In this document: in pieces, positions 46,095-54,115 of the stretch
Position numbering within the stretch: position 1 is the first letter of the stretch
How the letters are laid out: every line of letters begins with the position of its first letter
Assembly (NCBI GenBank): GCA_020344395.1
Contig: CP070824.1
Location: forward strand, 1,836,072-1,890,186
Length of the DNA stretch: 54,115 nucleotides
Reading direction: 5' to 3'
Source: Candidatus Zixiibacteriota bacterium
GTDB taxonomy: Bacteria > Zixibacteria > MSB-5A5 > GN15 > FEB-12
Notes under the pieces: generated by a model
Database searches by the model: none
The model's input: the letters and a program-made list of their open reading frames with translations, nothing else
What the model was told of the DNA's origin: nothing
Position numbers and translations under genes: made by a program

Positions 46095-47948
46095 CTAGGT
46101 AACGTCAATGGCGTCAAAGCGGCAAACTGCATAGCAGGCACCACACTGGGTACACTTTTTCTGATCAAGTATATGAATTTCATCCTTCTTGCCGGTAATG
46201 GCTTCATAGGCGCAGGCCGGGATACAGGCCAGGCAGCCGGTACATTTGTCATTAATCTCGTACGTGATAAGATTTTTGCAGACTCCGGCCGGGCAGCGTT
46301 TGTCGCGTATGTGAGCGAGGTACTCGTCCCGGAAATACCTGATGGTACTGAGGAACGGGTTCGGGCCGGATTTTCCCAGGCCGCAGAGTGAGCCCCGGAT
46401 GATTACATCCGAGAGCTGCTCCATGCGGTCCAGATCGGCCTCCACCGCTTTGCCGTCGCTTATCTTCACGGCCAGCGCGTGCAGCTGGTAGAGCCCCTCG
46501 CGGCACGGAACGCACTTGCCGCACGATTCCTTTACGAGGAACTCCAGGAAGTACTTGGCGACATCGACCATGCACGTCTTGTCGTCCATTACGATCATGC
46601 CGCCCGAACCCATCATTGAACCGGCCTTTGTCAGCGTGTCAAAGTCCACCGGCAAATCCAGCTTCGATTCCGGGAGACATCCCCCCGAGGGCCCGCCGGT
46701 CTGGATCGCCTTGAACGGGCGATCATCAATAATTCCGTCGCCAATGTCGTAGATGATTTCCCTGAGTGTGATACCCATGGGAACTTCAATCAGGCCCGTG
46801 TTTCGGACTTTCCCAACCAGTGAGAACGCCTTGGTCCCGGAGCTTCCGTCAGTGCCGATTTTCTTGAACCACCCGGCACCCTTCATTATGATCACCGGTA
46901 CGTTGGCGTAAGATTCAACGTTGTTTAAGACAGACGGCTTGTCCCACAAGCCCTTGATGACCGACCGAACATATTTGGCTCGAGGCTCGCCAACTTCACC
47001 GGCCACCGACTTCATGAGGGCCGACGATTCACCACAGACAAAGGCACCGGCGCCACGAGCGATGCTGATCCTGAATGAGAAATCGGTGCCGAGAATGTTA
47101 TCGCCGAGCAGTCCTTCTTCCTCAAGCTGTCTGATAGCTTCGTAAAGACGTTCCACAGCCAGCGGATATTCTTCGCGGACATATATATATCCCTCGGTGG
47201 AACCGACGGCATAAGCTGCGATGAGCATCCCTTCGAGAACAGAATGCGGGTCGCCTTCCATAATGGCCCTGTCCATGAAAGCCCCCGGGTCGCCTTCGTC
47301 ACCATTACAGAGGACGTACCGCGTATCCGATTCTACATTGGCACACGTGCGCCACTTGCGACCGGCCGGAAAACCTCCGCCGCCCCGTCCGCGCAGACCG
47401 GACTTGGATACGGTCTCAATCACCTGATCCGGCGACATTTTGAGAAGCGCTCTGGCCAGTCCCTGATATCCACCGCCTGCGATGTAGTCATCGAGGCTGT
47501 CAGGTCTTATGTGACCGAGGTTCCTCAGAGCTACTCGGTTCTGATGCCTGTAGAAATTTATCGATGAGTACTTCTTCTTTGTTTTGCCTGTGGCCGGCTC
47601 GGTGAACAGAAGGCGATCGATGATCTCATTCCTGGCGAGCGTTTTCGAGACGATCTCATCGATGTCCTTCGGCTTGACTTTTGTATAGAACAGGCCATCC
47701 GGTTCAACGACGACTAGGGGGCCCTTTTCACACAGCCCGTGACACCCTGTTTCTCTGACAGTCTCTACCGTGAAGCCCTTGATTTTCTTCTTTTTCAATG
47801 ACTCTCTGAGACCGTCGGCAATCTTCTGGGCACCACAGGCCAGGCATCCGGGACCGCAGCATACTATCACTTTGCGCGGGAACTTCTTTTCCCCGGCAAG
47901 AAGCTGTGTCTTTCGCTTATTCAGCTGCTGTACAGTCCTGATGCACAT
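46095..47948 (-). CDS. NuoF-like NAD(H)-binding flavoprotein, HydB/HndC-type (N-terminal 2Fe-2S domain, C-terminal 2x[4Fe-4S])
   Basis: 617 aa. N-terminal thioredoxin-like Cys set (CCGPGCLAC...GCHGLC), GLRGRGGGGFPAGRKW, and ESCGKCVPCREG. C-terminal CTGCLACIPAC and CTQCGACYAVC. Confidence 0.9.
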   Translation of the reverse strand: MCIRTVQQLNKRKTQLLAGEKKFPRKVIVCCGPGCLACGAQKIADGLRESLKKKKIKGFTVETVRETGCHGLCEKGPLVVVEPDGLFYTKVKPKDIDEIVSKTLARNEIIDRLLFTEPATGKTKKKYSSINFYRHQNRVALRNLGHIRPDSLDDYIAGGGYQGLARALLKMSPDQVIETVSKSGLRGRGGGGFPAGRKWRTCANVESDTRYVLCNGDEGDPGAFMDRAIMEGDPHSVLEGMLIAAYAVGSTEGYIYVREEYPLAVERLYEAIRQLEEEGLLGDNILGTDFSFRISIARGAGAFVCGESSALMKSVAGEVGEPRAKYVRSVIKGLWDKPSVLNNVESYANVPVIIMKGAGWFKKIGTDGSSGTKAFSLVGKVRNTGLIEVPMGITLREIIYDIGDGIIDDRPFKAIQTGGPSGGCLPESKLDLPVDFDTLTKAGSMMGSGGMIVMDDKTCMVDVAKYFLEFLVKESCGKCVPCREGLYQLHALAVKISDGKAVEADLDRMEQLSDVIIRGSLCGLGKSGPNPFLSTIRYFRDEYLAHIRDKRCPAGVCKNLITYEINDKCTGCLACIPACAYEAITGKKDEIHILDQKKCTQCGACYAVCRFDAIDVT

Positions 47949-47951
47949 ATC

Positions 47952-48452
47952 TTACTTTTTTGTCCTTGCCTTGACCTTTGCTTTAGCTTTGGCCTTCGCC
48001 TTCGTTTTAGTGAGTCTGCGGGCAGAGTTGACGTTGACCGTTCCATGGTACTTGTCATTGACAATCACCACCGGAGCCATGGCACACGCGCCGACACAGG
48101 CCACCACCTCGAGTGAAAACTCCAGATCTTTGGTTGTCTCACCGGCCTTTATCTTCAAGGAGTTCTCCAGTTGGTCCTGAATCAGTTTGGCGCCACGGAT
48201 ATGGCAGGCCGTTCCGACGCACACCCGGATGTTACGTTTACCCTTGGGGTTGAGGCTGAACGCATTATAGAAAGTGGCCACCGAAAACACTTTGCTCAAG
48301 GGTACTTCCAGGGTCTCGGCAGTTTTCGTGAGTGCTTCGCAGGGAAGGTAGTTGTATTCTCGCTGGATTTCCTGGAGCACCATTATCAGCGACTCGGGTC
48401 CTTTGGGATGCCGGTCAATCAACTCCGGCAGCTTACTGAAATCGTGCCTCAT
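47952..48452 (-). CDS. NuoE-like [2Fe-2S] protein, HydC/HndA-type, with Lys/Ala-rich C-terminal tail
   Basis: 166 aa. Cys pattern VCVGTACHIRG ... ACVGACAMAP. Tail RRLTKTKAKAKAKAKVKARTKK. ATGA overlap with the OFOR gamma gene. Confidence 0.85.
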   Translation of the reverse strand: MRHDFSKLPELIDRHPKGPESLIMVLQEIQREYNYLPCEALTKTAETLEVPLSKVFSVATFYNAFSLNPKGKRNIRVCVGTACHIRGAKLIQDQLENSLKIKAGETTKDLEFSLEVVACVGACAMAPVVIVNDKYHGTVNVNSARRLTKTKAKAKAKAKVKARTKK

Positions 48453-49024
48453 GCCCTGAGTTTCCCCTTCGATTCAGCTTTGCCGCGGTTGTAACCTTCT
48501 TCGAGCACTTTCAGGTTGACTTCAAGCAAGCCCTTTTTCTTACCCAGTTTTACCTTGAGGGTCTCTTTGAGGTGATTGTAGCTGACTATTCCGGTGGCCC
48601 CCACGAAGGCACCCAGCATAACGATGTTGGTCACCTTCGGGCTGCCGGCATCGATGGCAATCCGGTTCGCCGGCAGCAGAATCTGAGTGATGTCGGTTCG
48701 GTCTGTTGTGGCGGTGATGAGCGATGAGTTTACGAGCAGCAGACCGCCCGGCCTTACTTTGGGACCGAACTTATCGAATGAAGGACGGTTGAACACGCAA
48801 GCGGCTCGGGGGTTGTTAATGATCGGTGATCCGATTCTCGAATCAGACACCACCACCGTACAGTATGCCGTTCCGCCGCGCATCTCCGGACCATAGGAGG
48901 GTATCCATACAACCTGCTTGCCTTCTTCAATGCCGGTATAGGCGAGCAATTGCCCGGCCACCATGATCCCCTGGCCGCCGAAGCCGGCCCATGTCACTTC
49001 ATACTGGGCCATCACTATCCTCAT
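48449..49024 (-). CDS. 2-oxoacid:ferredoxin oxidoreductase, gamma subunit
   Basis: 191 aa. AGFGGQGIMVAGQLLA and SYGPEMRGG motifs. The start overlaps the beta subunit gene (ATG 49012 is an alternative). Confidence 0.85.
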   Translation of the reverse strand: MRIVMAQYEVTWAGFGGQGIMVAGQLLAYTGIEEGKQVVWIPSYGPEMRGGTAYCTVVVSDSRIGSPIINNPRAACVFNRPSFDKFGPKVRPGGLLLVNSSLITATTDRTDITQILLPANRIAIDAGSPKVTNIVMLGAFVGATGIVSYNHLKETLKVKLGKKKGLLEVNLKVLEEGYNRGKAESKGKLRA

Positions 49025-49775
49025 CTGATTCAGGCGATTTGAAGCATCCCAGGGGGAAGTACGGCGTCATTTTTTCCTGCAGCCACGCGGTGGCCTCATC
49101 AGGGGTCAGTCCCCAGTTGGTCGGACAGGTGGACAACACTTCTATAAGTGAGAAACAGGTACCGGCGGCCTGGTAGGCGAAAGCCTTGCGGATGGCCCGC
49201 TTGGCTCCGATTATGTTCTGTGGAGTGTGTACGGCTACCCGCTCAATGTAAGCTGGCGTGTTCAATGTTGACAGCAGTTCTGCCACTCGAACCGGCTGGC
49301 CGGTCTGCTGGACATTTCGTCCTATGGGGGAAGTGGTGGTAATCTGGCCCTCCAGCGTGGTGGGGGCCATCTGTCCGCCGGTCATCCCGTATATGGCATT
49401 GTTAACAAAGATAGTGGTGAATTTCTCCCCCCGGTTGGCCGAGTGAACGATCTCGGCCATGCCTATGGATGCGAGGTCACCGTCACCCTGATATGTAAAC
49501 ACAATCATGTCCGGTCGGACGCGTTTGAACCCGGTCGCCAGGGCCGGGGCGCGTCCGTGAGGTGCTTCGAGGAAGTCACAGTTAAAGTAGTTGTACGCAA
49601 GTACGGAACATCCCACCGGAGCGATGCCGCAGGTGCGTTCACGGAGGTTCAGTTCGTCAAGAGTTTCAGCCACCATCCGATGAATCACTCCGTGCGTGCA
49701 ACCCGGACAGTAGTGTGTGACTACATCCCTGAGCGATTCCGGTCGACGAAATACGGTTTTGGCAAGCTCCGACAT
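48999..49775 (-). CDS. 2-oxoacid:ferredoxin oxidoreductase, beta (TPP/[4Fe-4S]) subunit
   Basis: 258 aa. YCPGCTHG, TPP-binding GDGDLASIGM ... NNAIYGMTGGQ. Confidence 0.9.
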   Translation of the reverse strand: MSELAKTVFRRPESLRDVVTHYCPGCTHGVIHRMVAETLDELNLRERTCGIAPVGCSVLAYNYFNCDFLEAPHGRAPALATGFKRVRPDMIVFTYQGDGDLASIGMAEIVHSANRGEKFTTIFVNNAIYGMTGGQMAPTTLEGQITTTSPIGRNVQQTGQPVRVAELLSTLNTPAYIERVAVHTPQNIIGAKRAIRKAFAYQAAGTCFSLIEVLSTCPTNWGLTPDEATAWLQEKMTPYFPLGCFKSPESDEDSDGPV

Positions 49776-49777
49776 GG

Positions 49778-50878
49778 CTACTTTCTTTTTTTGGCCGGCC
49801 GCCCGCGCCGGCTCTTCTTCTTTATCAACTTCTTAATCTGATCTTTGACTTCCTCCGGAGTCGGAACAATGCCGCCGGTCCGTCCAAAGAAGTTGACAGG
49901 CCGGGCACCAGCGACGGCCTTTTCTACATCTTCAACCATCTGGCCCATGCTCATCTCGACGACCAGGACCGATTCGATATTCTTGCGGGTGGCTTCCTTT
50001 CGCAGCGCCACTTCAGGGTAAGGGAAGAGCGAAATGGGCCGGAACAGCCCGACCGAGTAGCCTTCGGGCTCCAGGTCGTCGATGACGGTCTGGCAGATAC
50101 GCGCCATGGTGCCGTACGAGACAATGAGCACCTTGTTTGATGGCTTCACTTTGTAATTCTCGAAGCGTATCTCTTCCTTTTTGGCCTGCTCATATTTCTT
50201 GTGCAGGATGATGGAATTCTCTTCGAGGGTAGTAGGATCCAGAAACAGGGACCGGATGATGAGAGGATCCCGGTCGCTGGCTCCGGTGGCGGCCCAATCC
50301 TTCGGCGGCAGTTCCGGTTCGCTATAGCTGTCAGGGAACTCGACCGGCTCCATCATCTGCCCGATCATGCCATCGCCCAGAATCATGACGGGGTTGCGGT
50401 ATTTGTCGGCCAGATGAAAGGCCAACATGGTCAGGTCGACGGCTTCCTGAATGGTTGACGGAGCAAGTACCAGTAACCGGTAGTCGCCATGGCCACCACC
50501 CTTGACAGCCTGAAAATAGTCGGATTGGGCCGGCAGTATCCCTCCCAGGCCGGGCCCTCCCCGGACGATGTTCAGAACCACGCAGGGCAGTTGTGACCCG
50601 GCCATATAGGACAGGCCTTCCTGCATGAGACTGATTCCCGGGCTGGATGATGAAGTGAATACGCGCTTCCCGGTGCAAGAGGCGCCCAGGATCATGTTCG
50701 CGACGGCTATCTCGCTTTCAGCTTGCAGAAAGACACCACCCACCTCCGGCATCCTTTTGACCAGATACTCGGCCACCTCTGACTGGGGTGTGATGGGATA
50801 ACAGAAGTAATTCGTTGCTCCGGCTCTGATGGCGGCCTCAGCAATCGCTTCGTTGCCTTTCATCAGTATTCTAGCCAT
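49778..50878 (-). CDS. 2-oxoacid:ferredoxin oxidoreductase, alpha subunit, with basic AT-hook-like C-terminal tail
   Basis: 366 aa. MKGNEAIAEAAIRAGATNYFCYPITPQSE N-terminus typical of PorA/KorA/OorA. Tail KKLIKKKSRRGRPAKKRK. Confidence 0.9.
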   Translation of the reverse strand: MARILMKGNEAIAEAAIRAGATNYFCYPITPQSEVAEYLVKRMPEVGGVFLQAESEIAVANMILGASCTGKRVFTSSSSPGISLMQEGLSYMAGSQLPCVVLNIVRGGPGLGGILPAQSDYFQAVKGGGHGDYRLLVLAPSTIQEAVDLTMLAFHLADKYRNPVMILGDGMIGQMMEPVEFPDSYSEPELPPKDWAATGASDRDPLIIRSLFLDPTTLEENSIILHKKYEQAKKEEIRFENYKVKPSNKVLIVSYGTMARICQTVIDDLEPEGYSVGLFRPISLFPYPEVALRKEATRKNIESVLVVEMSMGQMVEDVEKAVAGARPVNFFGRTGGIVPTPEEVKDQIKKLIKKKSRRGRPAKKRK

Positions 50879-50907
50879 GTGCAGGTCCTGATCCTAACTT
50901 CACAAAC

Positions 50908-51141
50908 TCAATAATCGAACAGGCTGTATGCTGTTCCGTTGACGTTGACTTCGATGGCTGCATCCGGACATACAATCGCACAGATGCGACAGCCTAGGCA
51001 CCGAGAGGGGTCATGCATCAGGGCATAGAAGTAGCCTCTGAGAGTAATCTCTTTGGACAGGGAGATAATGCCCTGCGGGCAGGACTTAACACAGAGTTCA
51101 CAGCCCTTGCAATGATTCTTATCTACCGCAATCGTCGGCAT
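50908..51141 (-). CDS. 2-oxoacid:ferredoxin oxidoreductase, delta (2x[4Fe-4S] ferredoxin) subunit
   Basis: 77 aa. CKGCELCVKSCP and CLGCRICAIVCP. The delta-alpha-beta-gamma order matches OorDABC/KorDABC-type rather than PorGDAB-type clusters. Substrate is not assignable. Confidence 0.8.
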   Translation of the reverse strand: MPTIAVDKNHCKGCELCVKSCPQGIISLSKEITLRGYFYALMHDPSRCLGCRICAIVCPDAAIEVNVNGTAYSLFDY

Positions 51142-51156
51142 GACTGTTCTGTGTCC

Positions 51157-51888
51157 CTAGCGGCGCTGCTCCCACGGTTTTAGTAGCTCACGATTGAGTG
51201 TCAACACCGGCAGGTTGATCTTCCGAGGATCAAACCTCCCGGCAATGCTGGTTTCCATGCTGACAAATTTAATCGGCAGGCCGGTCCTGGCGGCGACTTC
51301 CCGTGACACCTCCAGTCCCTCCAGGATGATCTCATCAGTCGTGTCATCCATTAAATGAGTATTAGAGATAATTCCGGTCAGTTTCAAGCCGGCCGCATCT
51401 TCAATCTCGCCGATCACTGATAATGATCCTTCAACCGTGGAGGTGAAGGGTCGCCTGAGATTGAGAACCATGAGAAATTCGTAACTGTCTGCCGAAAAAG
51501 CATCGCGCAGTGAGCTTAACACTCTGGCCCCGAGGTCGTCGCCGCCGACATCGAGGATCAACAGTCCATCACGCTTCTGGATGGCGGACTTGATCTCAGG
51601 GATTATGATGGGCAGGTCGGCTTCAGCCAGAGACCCGGGCGGAACAAGGGACTTCACGCCAAGGTCGGCCAGTACTTCAGCGGCCTCCCGTGACCGAAAG
51701 TAAGGATTGATAATGTCCAGATCGCCGATAGATACCGGTTTATCTCCCTGTTGAGCCAGAACGCGTGCGAGGTTTACCGAAACCTCCGACTTGCCCGATC
51801 CGAATCCCCCTACAATCACGACGACCTCCCGGTCAAAAACCGGAGTTCTGAAGCGGTTTTCCGAACTCGTCATGCTGGCTATTTCCAT
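51157..51888 (-). CDS. P-loop NTPase (MinD/ParA/CooC-like SIMIBI fold), first gene of the OFOR operon
   Basis: 243 aa. Walker A VGGFGSGKSE, DLDIINPYFRS, and Walker B-like LLILDVGGDD. Family not firmly recognised. Confidence 0.6.
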   Translation of the reverse strand: MEIASMTSSENRFRTPVFDREVVVIVGGFGSGKSEVSVNLARVLAQQGDKPVSIGDLDIINPYFRSREAAEVLADLGVKSLVPPGSLAEADLPIIIPEIKSAIQKRDGLLILDVGGDDLGARVLSSLRDAFSADSYEFLMVLNLRRPFTSTVEGSLSVIGEIEDAAGLKLTGIISNTHLMDDTTDEIILEGLEVSREVAARTGLPIKFVSMETSIAGRFDPRKINLPVLTLNRELLKPWEQRR

Positions 51889-52045
51889 AAGAGTCGTTGT
51901 CAGAAGGCGCGTGTCTTGCCGGCGTCCAGGAGAGAAAAACCTCCAATTAGGACTAAATCCGTTTTGTTTCGTCTCATACTAAATATGGCCGTATGAACGG
52001 CTAAAGTCAATAGGATATGTGAAAAAAATAACGATTCTTCCCTGT

Positions 52046-52074
52046 TTGACACTGTCACAACGACATATTATACT
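52046..52074 (+). promoter_or_regulatory. Near-consensus sigma-70 promoter for the lipoprotein gene
   Basis: TTGACA (52046-51), 17-nt spacer, TATACT (52069-74). Confidence 0.5.
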
Positions 52075-52116
52075 ATTATGCTAGTTGAACTTAAGAGAAT
52101 CGCAAAGCAGGACAGA

Positions 52117-52950
52117 ATGTATAGGAATTGCCGTAAATACGTGATATCGACGCAGTCGTCCGAATTGGAACTGCTCCTTATATCGGCGATATTGGTGCTG
52201 GCTCTGGGTGTGTTTTCGGGCTGTACAGAGGAGGTGGGTTCACCTTGCGACCCAAAGCCCGAGGGTGCCTATGACGACTGGCTGACTTATCGGTATGAGA
52301 ACTTCGTTATTCTTTATCCTCCGAAGCATCCCAACGAATCCGGACTTGAAAGCATTGGTACGAACTACATCAATTGTATTGACAGGGTAGTGACGGACCT
52401 CCGCATGTCTCCTCTGACAGATTGTATCCTGTTTGTCTACTACACCGGGTATGGTTCAGGCCGCGAGATGACCGGTCGCCAGTACCCATTTGCCACCGAC
52501 ACGGCTATTCACTTCTGGCTGCCGAGCTTTCCCGGCCCGGTTCTGATGCAATACCTGTTACCTCTATGGGTGCCAGGTGAGCCACACTACCGGTTTCTAA
52601 AACATGGTCTGATATCTCTATATGATTTTTCCGGCCAGGCATACCATGAGTTCACGGTCGGGTATATCAACAAAGACAGATTCATAAAGCTGGCGGACCT
52701 TGCCGCTGACACGACCGTCAACAGCAACACCGAGCGCCATCAGTCGGCCGAGGCTGCATCGTTCTGTGCCTTTGTCATGGGTCAGTTCGGTGCGGACACT
52801 TTGAAGGCGCTGTATCAGTCGAGCGAACCGTTCGATCAGGCAGTGCCGGCGCTGTTCGGTATGTCCGTAGAGGCTCTTGAGAATTACTGGCTCCGTTACG
52901 TGAGGGCGTCAGTGCCGGCTGATTCGATTGTTGATTCCCTCTGGGATTAG
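52117..52950 (+). CDS. Hypothetical lipoprotein
   Basis: Lipobox LALGVFSG|C. The ORF-track ATG at 52078 lies only 3 nt after the -10 hexamer. ATG 52117, with AGGA 5 nt upstream, is therefore the likely start. Confidence 0.55.
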   Translation: MYRNCRKYVISTQSSELELLLISAILVLALGVFSGCTEEVGSPCDPKPEGAYDDWLTYRYENFVILYPPKHPNESGLESIGTNYINCIDRVVTDLRMSPLTDCILFVYYTGYGSGREMTGRQYPFATDTAIHFWLPSFPGPVLMQYLLPLWVPGEPHYRFLKHGLISLYDFSGQAYHEFTVGYINKDRFIKLADLAADTTVNSNTERHQSAEAASFCAFVMGQFGADTLKALYQSSEPFDQAVPALFGMSVEALENYWLRYVRASVPADSIVDSLWD

Positions 52951-53012
52951 CCCCGCGCGGCCGGTATGTACTTGGGCATCAGATGACGATCGAGTGACAG
53001 AGACAAGGGGAG

Positions 53013-53549
53013 ATGATGTTAGCGAATCTACCTATCGAAGTGGATGGGCTGGTGATCGATAGATTTAAGCTATCGGATGCTGAGGAATTGTACGGTTTTA
53101 TGAATCTGCCGGAAATCCGGGAGTTCATTCCTGACCGGTTTGAAAACAAGAATGATCTGGTGAATGTGCTCGATTGGTTGATCGGAAACTACAGCCTGGA
53201 AAAGGACAAGGTTGTAAGGATTTCACTGGCAATAAGGGAAAAGGGCAGCGGCGACTTCATCGGCTGGGTTACTTATGGCCCGTTGCCGTATGACGAAGAA
53301 CTAAAGGAGATAGGGTTCGCCATAGATCCGGTGTACTGGAATCTGGGATACGCTACATTGGCGGGAGAGAAATTCCTTGAGTGGGTGAGGAATAATGTCA
53401 CAGAGGAGGCAGTCTACGCGGAAGTTGATGAAAGAAACGTGAAGTCACAGAGAGTGCTGGAAAAACTCGGATTCAGCAAAGTAAAAGAAGACCGGATACA
53501 CCGTGACAAAACTGAAAAGAACATATGGATATACAGGTGGGACGGGTGA
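53013..53549 (+). CDS. GNAT-family N-acetyltransferase (RimJ/RimL-like)
   Basis: 178 aa. IGFAIDPVYWNLGYATLAGEKFLEW (motif A region) and ERNVKSQRVLEKLGF. Confidence 0.75.
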   Translation: MMLANLPIEVDGLVIDRFKLSDAEELYGFMNLPEIREFIPDRFENKNDLVNVLDWLIGNYSLEKDKVVRISLAIREKGSGDFIGWVTYGPLPYDEELKEIGFAIDPVYWNLGYATLAGEKFLEWVRNNVTEEAVYAEVDERNVKSQRVLEKLGFSKVKEDRIHRDKTEKNIWIYRWDG

Positions 53550-53615
53550 TTAAGGCTACATCCATACGAAACAGGATGATAGACTAAATACCGTTACCGG
53601 GGGGCTTTTTGCGAT

Positions 53616-54115
53616 TCATAGTCCATTGAGGAAATTGTTGATTATTCGCGCTGTCTCGTCGGCGTGGGTAAGGTAAAGGGAATGGCCGGCACCCATCACT
53701 TCAGCCACCTTGCCATTCTTCATCTCGGTCATGAAAGTCTGTCGTGATGCGGCTTCCATCTTCCTGCTAACCTCGTAGCGCCGGCGCATCCGGGCCTGGA
53801 CGATTGTGTCCCTTGTTTCATAATCAGAGAACAACTCGGTAATGGGATAGTCGACGCCATAGATGGCCAGCGCCGGGACATCAATCCTCGAGTAGTCTGG
53901 GTTTTCCAGAGCGTTTTTGATTCCTCCATAAACATAACCCGGGATAAGGTGGTTTCGAATATCTCCCTCAGGCCCTACGGCAAACAGAGCGTATACTTCA
54001 GATGCGGGCCATCTTACGCCATTAGCTAACTCGTAATAATCAAGGAAAGCGGTCACCGAAGCACGGTCGCCTAAGGTAGGTGGCTGTGGTTTGGACTCGG
54101 GAACAGGATAATTCG
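53616..54115 (-). CDS. Alpha/beta-fold hydrolase, N-terminus beyond window edge
   Basis: The minus-strand frame stays open from the GTG at 54056 to nt 54115. The C-terminal VMGAGHSLYLTHADE is a typical catalytic-His context. Confidence 0.6.
   Translation of the reverse strand, partial: NYPVPESKPQPPTLGDRASVTAFLDYYELANGVRWPASEVYALFAVGPEGDIRNHLIPGYVYGGIKNALENPDYSRIDVPALAIYGVDYPITELFSDYETRDTIVQARMRRRYEVSRKMEAASRQTFMTEMKNGKVAEVMGAGHSLYLTHADETARIINNFLNGL

Noticed and set aside
47952-48015. Short DNA microrepeat (GCCTT/GCTTT units) that might look like a repeat array
   Set aside because: It is in frame within the NuoE-like gene and encodes the KAKAKAK tail. There are no spacers and no CRISPR-like periodicity.

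Overview
This 54.1-kb, moderately GC-rich window is densely coded chromosomal DNA from a diderm (Gram-negative-type) bacterium, probably an uncultivated lineage. I saw no rRNA, tRNA, CRISPR array, transposase or integrase.

Gene content in order:
(1) A 5'-truncated outer-membrane-like beta-barrel gene, then an overlapping HD hydrolase / UMF1-type MFS / PHP phosphoesterase operon.
(2) A complete 14-gene complex I operon (nuoA-N, 5.47-20.1 kb). A YruB-type glutaredoxin-like gene is translationally coupled between nuoM and nuoN.
(3) A secreted S8 subtilase with a tandem Cys-flanked dockerin-like C-terminus, a [4Fe-4S]-type purF, and a small accessory block: GAF-DHp protein, alpha/beta hydrolase, secreted helical protein, FAD oxidoreductase and ClC-CBS channel.
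(4) A 436-bp structured, GGA-rich, ORF-free spacer.
(5) About 14 kb of uninterrupted minus-strand signalling genes. In transcription order: STAS / RsbW-like / membrane RsbU-like PP2C, zinc-ribbon NUDIX, NtrY-like kinase, sigma-54 NtrC-family activator, a POTRA-less Omp85 barrel, a DUF4390-like protein, a GAF-PAS histidine kinase, and a Ser/Thr kinase-TPR protein.
(6) A tight nine-gene minus-strand operon joining a four-subunit 2-oxoacid:ferredoxin oxidoreductase (delta-alpha-beta-gamma) to a second, HydB/HydC-type NuoF/NuoE pair. It also encodes a NuoG-N-terminal-like FeS protein without any catalytic domain, a CooF-like polyferredoxin and a P-loop NTPase.
(7) A lipoprotein, a GNAT acetyltransferase and an edge-truncated alpha/beta hydrolase.

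The candidates I consider most likely to be undescribed are the OFOR + NuoEF-like (Bfu-like) operon, the partner-switching/NUDIX/NtrYX/Omp85/DUF4390 cluster, and the structured spacer at 30.3-30.76 kb. All family calls come from motif recognition by eye; no database search was run.
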